Positions 46,767 through 55,099 of a DNA stretch of 57,334 nucleotides are shown here, in pieces. Position 1 is the first letter of the stretch. Every line of letters begins with the position of its first letter. The stretch comes from Candidatus Aenigmatarchaeota archaeon (lineage in GTDB: Archaea; Aenigmatarchaeota; Aenigmatarchaeia; GW2011-AR5): positions 1 to 57,334 of the forward strand of contig JAZDNV010000018.1 of assembly GCA_043799385.1 (NCBI GenBank), read 5' to 3'. The translations under genes and the position numbers were made by a program. Below the pieces are notes generated by a model. The model was not told where the DNA came from. It made no database searches and saw only the letters and a program-made list of their open reading frames with translations.

Positions 46767-46821
46767 AGTCACACAATTCTATGGTAATCTTTTTAAAATT
46801 ATAAAAGGCATCAGTGTTTAT

Positions 46822-46895
46822 GCCCTCATGGTCTAGCCTGGATAGGACGAGAGGTTGCGGACCTTTCAGCTCGGGTTCGAATCCCGATGGGGGCG
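46822..46895 (+). tRNA. tRNA-Arg(GCG), intronless
   Basis: GCCCTCA/TGGGGGC acceptor, AGAGG-TTGCGGA-CCTTT anticodon arm, TCGGG-TTCGAAT-CCCGA T arm; TATA-like box upstream. Confidence 0.93.
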
Positions 46896-46940
46896 TTTTC
46901 CACTTAACCTATAAATAGCGAAATTCACAATAATTTTCAT

Positions 46941-47675
46941 ATGGCTAAAAAGAAAAAACAAAAGAATCGCGACATACGCGTGTCGGTTATAATCCCGACC
47001 CTCAATGAAGATAAGTACATAGAGCCGACGTTGTTTCATATAAAGCGCCAGAATCCTTACGAGATAATACTCGGCGACTCGTACTCGGACGACGGAACGG
47101 TAAAAATAGCGAAGAAATATGGAGCGAAAGTCGCATACGCTCCGCGCGGCGCCGCCTCTATCGGCAGGAACGCTGCGGCAAAGAAGGCCAAGGGCGACGT
47201 TTTGCTCTTTCTCGATGCCGACACTATTGCCTATCCGAACATGCTGGAAACGATAAAAAAGGATTTTAAAGACAGGAGAATTGCCGGCTGGACATGCACA
47301 TTTTATGCGTTCTCTCCTTATCTGAAAGACCATGTGATGTACACGGCCACAAGCGACCTGATAAAATTTTTAGTCGAGCACGTGAAACCGCACGCTGCCG
47401 GATTCAACATCGCTGTAAGAAGAAGCGTATTTGAAAAAATTAATGGATTTGACGAGTCATTGAAGGTTATGGAGGACCACGACCTTACGTGGCGTGTATC
47501 AAAGCACGGCAAGTTCAAGTTCTCGACCGAGACATGCGTATTCACGTCTGTGAGAAGGTTGAGCAACTGGGGACGATGGGGACTATTCAAGAAATATTCG
47601 AAGATATATCTCGGCTATATCCTGAAAAACAAAAAATATGACACGAAAAATGTCAGGTATGAACCGATAAGATGA
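46941..47675 (+). CDS. Glycosyltransferase family 2
   Basis: SVIIPTLNE, DSYSDDGT, FLDAD and GFDE...EDHDL. Confidence 0.92.
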   Translation: MAKKKKQKNRDIRVSVIIPTLNEDKYIEPTLFHIKRQNPYEIILGDSYSDDGTVKIAKKYGAKVAYAPRGAASIGRNAAAKKAKGDVLLFLDADTIAYPNMLETIKKDFKDRRIAGWTCTFYAFSPYLKDHVMYTATSDLIKFLVEHVKPHAAGFNIAVRRSVFEKINGFDESLKVMEDHDLTWRVSKHGKFKFSTETCVFTSVRRLSNWGRWGLFKKYSKIYLGYILKNKKYDTKNVRYEPIR

Positions 47676-47690
47676 ATAATATTTTATTTA

Positions 47691-49625
47691 TTAATATATT
47701 GATGAAATAAGCGGTCCAAGTATCATCATCGTCACTGAGAACGTTATTATGAATATTATGAAGCCCAGCGCAAGCGTAGCCGCGGTGATGCTTTTTCTGC
47801 CGATATCATCCCTGCCATTCTCTATGCCGTTGATGAAATAAGACAGGATGAAGCATGTCTCTATGAGGTAGACTGCAACTATAATAATAAACTGGGCGTT
47901 GGTTATGCCTATGCCGGCGAAATTCTCGAACATGTCAAAAAAGGCTGCATCGCTGGACTTCGCGCCCAGCGTTGCCAGTATTTTCAGTATCACGATTGTC
48001 ATGGTTATAACGATACCCGAGACTAGTGGCGATAAAAAGAAAGCCTGGAATTTCATTGAGCTGACAGGATCGCTTAGCTCTTCACGTATATCCTCCTGCG
48101 TTTCGTGCAATCCTTTGAGATATTTGGATATCGAAAGCATCGCCAATGAAGCAGAACGCGAGCCGCGCTCGGCAGAGTTGACGACGATTTTCATCGACGT
48201 TTTTATCAATTTTGATGGGTAATACCGTATTGCGCCGCGAGTGCTGTCGAACAACGATTGTTTGAAAGTCATGCCAAATGTTTTCATGTTCCGCAGCGTC
48301 TTTATGAACAACTCCTTGACCTTCAGGTTCTGCGTGCGTTTTATGCTCTTCTCTATCGATGCTTCTATCGGCGTTCCACCATAAACGCTGTTTCCGAGCT
48401 GGAACATCGTTGACGTGAATTCATTCTCGATTTCCCTCGTCTCTTCCCTCAGTTTCAGGCGCTGATACGTTAGCAGATAATAATATGTCGCAAACCCGAA
48501 TGCGATTCCGCCTGTGATTAGAATAGGCGCGATTATGTCACTAGGCGAATAAAGAGCAACGCCAGGTATAATCATCGCCACAGCGACGAGCAGTGCAAAA
48601 GGCCAGGCCGGTATCAACTTGCCGCCGAAACGGAATTTTCCTTCTTGCGGTATATCTGGGTTCTCTGAAACATCTATTTTGCTGAATGTCGCCGGCCTTC
48701 CCTCAAGTATGTTGGTTATTATGAAGAACAGCACGAACGGCAGGATTACGTCATAGCCTATGAACAGGACTTCTGCGCCGATACCCAAGAACACTGCAAC
48801 CAGCGGAAACATCACTAAGCCGAGAACAGGTAGTATTATGCCCATTGCATGAACAGCCATCACAGGCATCTTCAACTGCTGGTTGAAATGTTTTGCAATC
48901 TCGCGGTTTCCGTCGAGTATTATTTCCATGGTCTCGTTGAGCATCGCCACGCGCCTTTCTTCTGTCTGGCTCAACGACGCAATCAACATTTCGATTGCCT
49001 GGATGAATTCCTTGTTGTTGGACCATTTTTTTGTATAGTCAACAAGCGCGTTCTCAATTGTCGTATAATTGCCGACTTCAACGTCCCACATGAGCTTTCT
49101 TATCTCGCCTGCCAGCGGCTCTGAAAGATTCTGCGAGGCAAATTTTACCGCGCGCTCCATATTCGGAGAGTTGCGCATGTGCATCGCCATGTAAAGTATC
49201 AGCGTCACTATATCGGAACCTGCCTCCATCTCATATCTCTTCCTGAGCCGCAACGGATAGGTGTACAGATAGTATATGAAGAAAAGCGCCAGTACTAGCG
49301 CGAGTGCAGAATAACCCCATGGAGGACCGAACTGGATTATTTTGCCATTCTCTTCTGTTGAAAGAAATAAGTTGAGCGGTATCATGATTAGCAGCGGAAT
49401 GCAGACAAAAATCATCAACACGACAGGCAGCGAAGCCGCGTCCTTTGGGGAAATCTGCATCTTTGAAAAATCTATGGCATCCTGTATCTTCTTCTTCATG
49501 TTTTTGTCCGGCTCTATGCCAATAATCCTGGAAGAAAATCTGCATGCCCTTTCATACAAGCTTTTTTTCCTTGTCTCATCTGCCTTGAAAACCTTGTAAT
49601 CCGCTGACTCATACCGCATAAACAT
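47691..49625 (-). CDS. Type II/IV secretion system F-family platform protein (TadC/ArlJ-like)
   Basis: Multi-TM protein with two cytoplasmic T2SSF-like domains (NMERAVKFA..PLAGE; GTPIEAS); adjacent to pilins. Confidence 0.75.
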   Translation of the reverse strand: MFMRYESADYKVFKADETRKKSLYERACRFSSRIIGIEPDKNMKKKIQDAIDFSKMQISPKDAASLPVVLMIFVCIPLLIMIPLNLFLSTEENGKIIQFGPPWGYSALALVLALFFIYYLYTYPLRLRKRYEMEAGSDIVTLILYMAMHMRNSPNMERAVKFASQNLSEPLAGEIRKLMWDVEVGNYTTIENALVDYTKKWSNNKEFIQAIEMLIASLSQTEERRVAMLNETMEIILDGNREIAKHFNQQLKMPVMAVHAMGIILPVLGLVMFPLVAVFLGIGAEVLFIGYDVILPFVLFFIITNILEGRPATFSKIDVSENPDIPQEGKFRFGGKLIPAWPFALLVAVAMIIPGVALYSPSDIIAPILITGGIAFGFATYYYLLTYQRLKLREETREIENEFTSTMFQLGNSVYGGTPIEASIEKSIKRTQNLKVKELFIKTLRNMKTFGMTFKQSLFDSTRGAIRYYPSKLIKTSMKIVVNSAERGSRSASLAMLSISKYLKGLHETQEDIREELSDPVSSMKFQAFFLSPLVSGIVITMTIVILKILATLGAKSSDAAFFDMFENFAGIGITNAQFIIIVAVYLIETCFILSYFINGIENGRDDIGRKSITAATLALGFIIFIITFSVTMMILGPLISSIY

Positions 49626-49703
49626 ATCTTGTCATTTTTAGTATAAAAATCCCGATACAATACCTATACAATTAATAATAGAGAATATAATAAAAAACCA
49701 AAA

Positions 49704-50192
49704 TTATGCAGTAGCAATCTTTGGGGTACCAGAAAATGTGTCTGATATTCCACCGCAGTTTGTTGTTACAATGACTTTTGAGAAGTTACCCTGACTGTTA
49801 AATACACTGTTAGATAAAGTGTTATTAACAATTCCAAACTTAACCCTTTCAAGTTGACCTTTATCGAAGTCTTGGGACATAACTGTTAGATTTGGGAAAC
49901 TGCTACCATTGTTCAGGAAAACTACAGCTGAAACTAATTGCAGACTGTCTGTTTGGCCTGAGTTTCTGACAATCGCTGTTACGTTAAAACCACCGTACGT
50001 TGCGTTTGCAACGTAAACGTCATCAATGCTTATTCCTGCGGTTGAGCATTCTGTTGCTTGTATTGTCTTGTTGGTCACAGAAGTCTGTGTAGAACGCATC
50101 GTAGTTGACATCCAGCCCATCACTAATGTTGCTATCGCCACGGTCACTGCTATCAGAAGCACACTAGCCAATAACGGAGATATTCCTTTCAT
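49704..50192 (-). CDS. Archaeal type IV pilin-like protein
   Basis: MKG|ISPLLASVLLIAVTVAIA class III signal peptide; VRNSGQ. Confidence 0.88.
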   Translation of the reverse strand: MKGISPLLASVLLIAVTVAIATLVMGWMSTTMRSTQTSVTNKTIQATECSTAGISIDDVYVANATYGGFNVTAIVRNSGQTDSLQLVSAVVFLNNGSSFPNLTVMSQDFDKGQLERVKFGIVNNTLSNSVFNSQGNFSKVIVTTNCGGISDTFSGTPKIATA

Positions 50193-50197
50193 GCCAA

Positions 50198-50662
50198 TCA
50201 CGCACACTTAGGGGTTCCTTCAAAGGTATCCTTTATTCCACCGCAGTTTGTTGTCACAATGACCTTTGAGAAATCCGTCGGGCACGTATCAACGATGGGG
50301 AACGTGTTTGAACCGACACTTATTGCAAATGTTGTAACCTCTCCCTTGTCAAAGTCTGTTTCTGCTGTGGACGTCGTGAAGTTTCCTCCTGTTACGTTGT
50401 AAAGCTGCACGGACGTTATCTGCAGGTTATCAGTCTGACCTGAATTTCTGACGATTACATTCGCTGAATATAATCCTGAAAGGTATACATCATCTATGCT
50501 TATTGCTGCTGCTGAACATTCGGTTGCCTGTGTTGTCTTGTTTGATACCGTGGTCTGCGTGGAACGCATTGTAGTTGACATCCAGCCCATAACCAAGGTC
50601 GCTATTGCCACTGTCACTGCTATCAAGAGCACACTAGCCAATAACGGGGATATTCCTTTCAT
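50198..50662 (-). CDS. Archaeal type IV pilin-like protein (paralog)
   Basis: N-terminus identical to the adjacent pilin; shared FDKG and FSKVIVTTNCGG. Confidence 0.88.
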   Translation of the reverse strand: MKGISPLLASVLLIAVTVAIATLVMGWMSTTMRSTQTTVSNKTTQATECSAAAISIDDVYLSGLYSANVIVRNSGQTDNLQITSVQLYNVTGGNFTTSTAETDFDKGEVTTFAISVGSNTFPIVDTCPTDFSKVIVTTNCGGIKDTFEGTPKCA

Positions 50663-50741
50663 TCTATCACTTATTGATAATTGTAATAAGCGGTATATAA
50701 AGTTTTTTATTACAGAGGCTTTGTTTAGACAATAAATAACT

Positions 50742-51428
50742 TCAGCTTATATTCCTCACGTCAACGACAAGAAAGTCAGCGCCTGCATATAATGTATAAA
50801 ACACGTCATAACTGCTGCTAGCGTTGACGTAGATATGAACGATGCACAGCGGCAGGTTTTTCCCTTTCTTCAGTATCTCGCTGTAGCCGTTGCCGGCAGA
50901 AACGTTGCCATCGATAACGACAGATGAATTCACAGGATATACAGTTCTGCCAAAGGTCTTTTCAGTTATATTAAGTATGTTGCTCTTCGTGTCGATTGGC
51001 GATAAAGGAATAACATTAGCTACTTTCTGGAATTCCACGTGTAGAAAAGTATTGTCCATTGCAAGGTTTCCAGCATCATCGCAGGAAACGTCATTTCCTG
51101 ATATGTAAGTGAGGTCGCCGCTGATTTTTCGTGACAGATATTCAAACAATTCAACGCCTGACGACAAGCGATACTGGATTGCATTTTCCTCTGCAGAAAC
51201 TTCCATGTCCGGCGACGTAAGCTTGAGAACTCTTTTGGCGCCGTCGCCCTCCTCTACAACGTCCCTTATATAATTATTTAACATTCGCATCGCGTCCTCT
51301 GCCTCGTTCACGCTTGCCGTTTCCTTGGACAGCTCGATTGTCGACTGGCCGCTTGTAAAGACTATTGTGATTGCCATTATTGCTGCCAGGAATACTATCA
51401 TAGTTGCGAATAACGGATTCATACCCAT
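50742..51428 (-). CDS. Minor pilin-like protein
   Basis: MG|MNPLFATMIVFLAAI hydrophobic N-terminus; paralog of 54384-55094. Confidence 0.65.
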   Translation of the reverse strand: MGMNPLFATMIVFLAAIMAITIVFTSGQSTIELSKETASVNEAEDAMRMLNNYIRDVVEEGDGAKRVLKLTSPDMEVSAEENAIQYRLSSGVELFEYLSRKISGDLTYISGNDVSCDDAGNLAMDNTFLHVEFQKVANVIPLSPIDTKSNILNITEKTFGRTVYPVNSSVVIDGNVSAGNGYSEILKKGKNLPLCIVHIYVNASSSYDVFYTLYAGADFLVVDVRNIS

Positions 51429-52018
51429 GACCAGTTGTATATATCCTTTGAACGAACGAGCGCCCTGCTGTCTTCTAGCTGCACATCGAAGAATGCAAAT
51501 ACAAGATTCTTGTCCGTCGTTATTCTGAACGCTTCAGTGACGTTCTCTCCGCGAATCTCGTAAATGAACGTGAGATTAACCGTTCCGTTTATTGTAGACT
51601 GGAATATCTTCGTAATGTTCTTTTCGTCATCGACAACAAAATTATAGCCGAGCCCGGAATCCGTTGCGTTCAGCGTCACGTTTATCTTGTCGTTCAGGAA
51701 ATTTCCAATCGTAGCCGCAAATCGCTGGCTCGTTGCGTTGTTGAAAACAAAGACATAAAGTAATTTCGCATCGCTCTTGATTAAATTCGAAAAGTTGTAC
51801 AGGTGATTTATTCCGCTCACGTTTGCATCGTTTTGCAGTGCGGCGACGCCCACCACTGCTCTAAACTCGTTCTTCAGGTTCTTCATCTGCTTGTCGAGCA
51901 GCGATGATTCGCCGAATCGCTTCTCCTCTGTCGTAGCATATATTCCGAACAGGTTCTTCAGCGCAACCAGCGCTATAACAACTAGTATCGCAGCAACCAG
52001 GAACATCTGACCTTTCAA
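51419..52018 (-). CDS. Minor pilin-like protein (class III signal)
   Basis: KG|QMFLVAAILVVIAL; probable TTG start at 52018. Confidence 0.65.
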   Translation of the reverse strand: MKGQMFLVAAILVVIALVALKNLFGIYATTEEKRFGESSLLDKQMKNLKNEFRAVVGVAALQNDANVSGINHLYNFSNLIKSDAKLLYVFVFNNATSQRFAATIGNFLNDKINVTLNATDSGLGYNFVVDDEKNITKIFQSTINGTVNLTFIYEIRGENVTEAFRITTDKNLVFAFFDVQLEDSRALVRSKDIYNWSWV

Positions 52019-52077
52019 GGAGCAGAACCTACGGTTCTCTCCTTTGAACCTCGTTCCCTCATTAAATGTATTTATAT

Positions 52078-52467
52078 TTAGAACTTTCTCCATAGCCATA
52101 ACCTTACCTTTTTGCCGAAGTAATTGCTCTTGTGCGCAGAAATGTAGTAATCTATTCCAACGACCGTCTCATTGTCCGGCACGTTAGTTTTTGTGCAATC
52201 ATTTATGCATATCTCTGTTTCAAAATTTAGATTGTTTGATATTACTGCTCTTAGCTGCTCCTCCACCCCTGTTTCATTCGCGTTGCTGACAAGAGTTCTC
52301 AAACTGCCCTTGCCATCAACATATTCCATTGCCTCAAAGCCCTGCGCCTTTATCAGGCTCAATTCCATCTCCGGTTTCGTTGGCGTGTAGCTGTTTATGT
52401 AGACCAGCGAGATGAATATCAACGAAACTGCGATTAGCATCTCCATTGTATAAATATATCCTTTCAT
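52078..52467 (-). CDS. Minor pilin-like protein (class III signal)
   Basis: MKG|YIYTMEMLIAVSLI; C-terminal VRLWLW. Confidence 0.7.
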   Translation of the reverse strand: MKGYIYTMEMLIAVSLIFISLVYINSYTPTKPEMELSLIKAQGFEAMEYVDGKGSLRTLVSNANETGVEEQLRAVISNNLNFETEICINDCTKTNVPDNETVVGIDYYISAHKSNYFGKKVRLWLWRKF

Positions 52468-52474
52468 ATCATAC

Positions 52475-53281
52475 TCACCATACCTTAACCGTCAATTTGC
52501 CGTTATTTATCGACGCACTAGCATTTTGGAAAACGACGTATCTGCTTAGCGCGACAATGTTGCCAGCTCTTGAAGACGCTCCGCCATAACTGACGTACGT
52601 CTGATTTCGGTCAGTATCGTAAATCTGTATGTTGAAATCATTCTCGATGTCGCAGTTGCCTTTCACAGTCGCATAAGTCGAAGCGTTCAGCTTCAATATC
52701 TTTCTGTACTGCAGTAGCGAGAATCTCTCAACTGGATAAATTGTTTCTGTTATGTTGTTGCTGCCGCTCACTGCCGCAGACGAAGAAGTGAAATTGCTGT
52801 CGTCATCGAAATATACGACAAAGAATATCGACTGGCTTGCGTTGATGCTAACTGCAAAAGTTATATTATCTCCGTTCCTCTGATAACCGATTGGATTCTT
52901 GTATTCGTCGTATATCGCGATTGAATTTAGATCAATCGTATAGCCGAGCGACGATAGGTTAAATCTCACCAGCTCATCCTCGATATTGTTTATTCCTTCG
53001 CTCGCGTTTATGCGGTAACCAGCTGAATTGTTCACGAGTATATAGAAGCGATAAGCGTATGACTGCAGACCTAGTCGCTCTGGCGCATTGGTCCAATTCT
53101 CTGGCTCAGGGCCACGGTCAGCGATGCTCAAAAGCCCCAGCGCTTCGCTCCTCAACGTCATTATCTCGGCAACGTCCTTCACGGTTGAATAATAACTCGT
53201 CGTGTAATTGATAATATAAGCAAACAGCACAAGGAATATTCCTGCTGCAAGTATGTAATCGATTGGCACCATCGCTTTCAT
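52475..53281 (-). CDS. Minor pilin-like protein (class III signal)
   Basis: MKA|MVPIDYILAAGIFLVLF; G.PENW motif; C-terminal LTVKVW. Confidence 0.68.
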   Translation of the reverse strand: MKAMVPIDYILAAGIFLVLFAYIINYTTSYYSTVKDVAEIMTLRSEALGLLSIADRGPEPENWTNAPERLGLQSYAYRFYILVNNSAGYRINASEGINNIEDELVRFNLSSLGYTIDLNSIAIYDEYKNPIGYQRNGDNITFAVSINASQSIFFVVYFDDDSNFTSSSAAVSGSNNITETIYPVERFSLLQYRKILKLNASTYATVKGNCDIENDFNIQIYDTDRNQTYVSYGGASSRAGNIVALSRYVVFQNASASINNGKLTVKVW

Positions 53282-53766
53282 ATTTTCCTCATCTCGATTC
53301 TGCTTTCATTCGTATAGCGTATCCAGCTCATCTCAGTCCTGCCGCCAACCGTGGAGCCCGAGTAGCTTATATTAAAACCAATTTTGCACGTGTCGTTTAT
53401 GCGATTGCTGCCTGTTGTTTCTATCAGCAAACTCGTGTTCGCGAATTTCGCCCGATAGTTCATGTCGCCAATGCGCGTTGGCAGGTCAAGAAGTATTTTT
53501 CCCATTGTCGCATTTGTCGATGAATTGTAGTCGCCAGGAGAATATATCTTCTCCACGCCTGACTTAACGATTGCGCAGACCTGGCGTATCTCGTGGCGGC
53601 CGACAAAATCCTGATAATCGTTTCGAACGCTGTTCAGGGTCGTCACCACAGCCAGCAGAAGCACTAAACTAAACGCTACCATCAACGTCTGGCTCAGCAA
53701 CGGATTCTGACCCTTAGAGTGATATGATGATACATTGACGCCTATGGCGTCTGTTTGTTTCTTCAT
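53278..53766 (-). CDS. Minor pilin-like protein (class III signal)
   Basis: SKG|QNPLLSQTLMVAFSLVLL; LPTRIGD.NY motif. Confidence 0.62.
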   Translation of the reverse strand: MKKQTDAIGVNVSSYHSKGQNPLLSQTLMVAFSLVLLLAVVTTLNSVRNDYQDFVGRHEIRQVCAIVKSGVEKIYSPGDYNSSTNATMGKILLDLPTRIGDMNYRAKFANTSLLIETTGSNRINDTCKIGFNISYSGSTVGGRTEMSWIRYTNESRIEMRKI

Positions 53767-54308
53767 TTGCTCACCGTTATGCCTATTTTTGGCAGGCCTT
53801 GCGCGTTCTTTCCTTCATTCTTTATTATTATCTCTCTAGCGCCAGAAGGCCAGTGCAACTTCGATATTATGTCAACATCGCTGTAATCCAGCCGCAAATA
53901 CAAAGGAAAGCTGGAAGGCGAATAATAGCTAAGATTACCGAGCGTTTTGGCAGGAATTTTCTTCTCTCCTATAAGATTCAGTTTGCTTAATATCGTCTGA
54001 TTATTTCCACTGGTAAAGACAAGCAGAAAACGGTTATCTAAACTTTGCTTTGCTTCAAATAGATTTTCAGAAGCGTTGTAGCTGGTGTTCCTGGTGCCGA
54101 AAACCGTGCCAGAAGAGAGCAGCGCCAGAACAGTTCCGTTATCTTCAGCCAGAACGTAGCTATCATTGATGAGGATTATGTCATCGCTCTTGTTGTCTGC
54201 AATGTGAAAGGCAAGATTCATCGTAACGCTCCGTCCGAACGTGCTAAAGCCGGCGATAGCAACACTACTCAATAAAATCAGAACAATCAAAACAAAAACC
54301 CTATCCAT
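53763..54308 (-). CDS. Secreted hypothetical protein, similar to the C-terminal domain of the large surface protein
   Basis: Sec-type signal peptide; FPLYLRLDYSDVDI vs YPIEVALTYDDIDI. Confidence 0.62.
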   Translation of the reverse strand: MDRVFVLIVLILLSSVAIAGFSTFGRSVTMNLAFHIADNKSDDIILINDSYVLAEDNGTVLALLSSGTVFGTRNTSYNASENLFEAKQSLDNRFLLVFTSGNNQTILSKLNLIGEKKIPAKTLGNLSYYSPSSFPLYLRLDYSDVDIISKLHWPSGAREIIIKNEGKNAQGLPKIGITVSK

Positions 54309-54383
54309 AAAAAACTTTTATCCTGATTTGATATAAAGGTTATTCCAAGATAGTAATAGAGTGACCTTAAAGTTATTGAGGAA

Positions 54384-55094
54384 TCAATCGATTTGCTTGA
54401 CTTCCATCTCAAGGAAGTCGTTTCCTGCGCCCAGCGTGAACAACGCCTCGTATCTAGCCGTTGTCGTATTTATGTAAAGCTTTATTCCTGATGACGTTAG
54501 GAAGGAGCCAAGTTTTGTCAGCTCGCTATAACCGTTGCCTGCAGAAACATCCGTTTCGTCGACGAATATCCACGCCTTTGGCTTGGATATGTTGATATTC
54601 GCCTGCTTGTTGTTTACTCTTGTTATGATATCGGTCATGTTCATGCTCATCCAATTTCCTGAATTTCCGAGCTTCTTCACTGCGAAAAGGACCACGCCGT
54701 TCTCCAGCACAAGGTCAGTCGTGTTGTCGTTGTCTATATCCTGCTCGTACGCCTTCATCATCGGGCCAGAAGAAATCAGGAGGTTGCCCTCTCTTGTTAT
54801 TCCCGGCTCCAATAGTTTGAGTGATTCAAGCCTGAACTCCAGCTTGTCCTCTCTTCCAGCGACATGGAACGTACCGAAATCTGACGCTACGTCTATTGTC
54901 CTGGTTGCGCCGACTGATTCCTGGCTCAGCTCTTTTATGACTGAATCAAGAACCGACATCGTCTCCTTGGCCTTGTTCATATCCTGATATGCTTTCCCTT
55001 CATCCATCAGCGGCGTAATCATGCTTATGACCATCACTGATGACGCCACTATTATTGCAACCACGACAACGCTCGATATCAGAGTTCCTTTCAT
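54384..55094 (-). CDS. Minor pilin-like protein (class III signal)
   Basis: MKG|TLISSVVVVAIIV; shares SAGNGYSE with 50742-51428. Confidence 0.68.
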   Translation of the reverse strand: MKGTLISSVVVVAIIVASSVMVISMITPLMDEGKAYQDMNKAKETMSVLDSVIKELSQESVGATRTIDVASDFGTFHVAGREDKLEFRLESLKLLEPGITREGNLLISSGPMMKAYEQDIDNDNTTDLVLENGVVLFAVKKLGNSGNWMSMNMTDIITRVNNKQANINISKPKAWIFVDETDVSAGNGYSELTKLGSFLTSSGIKLYINTTTARYEALFTLGAGNDFLEMEVKQID

Positions 55095-55099
55095 TTTTA

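Noticed and set aside
49704-50662. Archaellum (flagellin) operon
   Set aside because: The proteins have pilin-type ISPL N-termini and no arlF/G/H/I genes are recognisable.
54336-54368. Imperfect inverted repeat AAGGTTATTC / GAGTGACCTT in the pilus cluster gap
   Set aside because: It is weak, depends on G-U pairs, and has no TSD or second copy.
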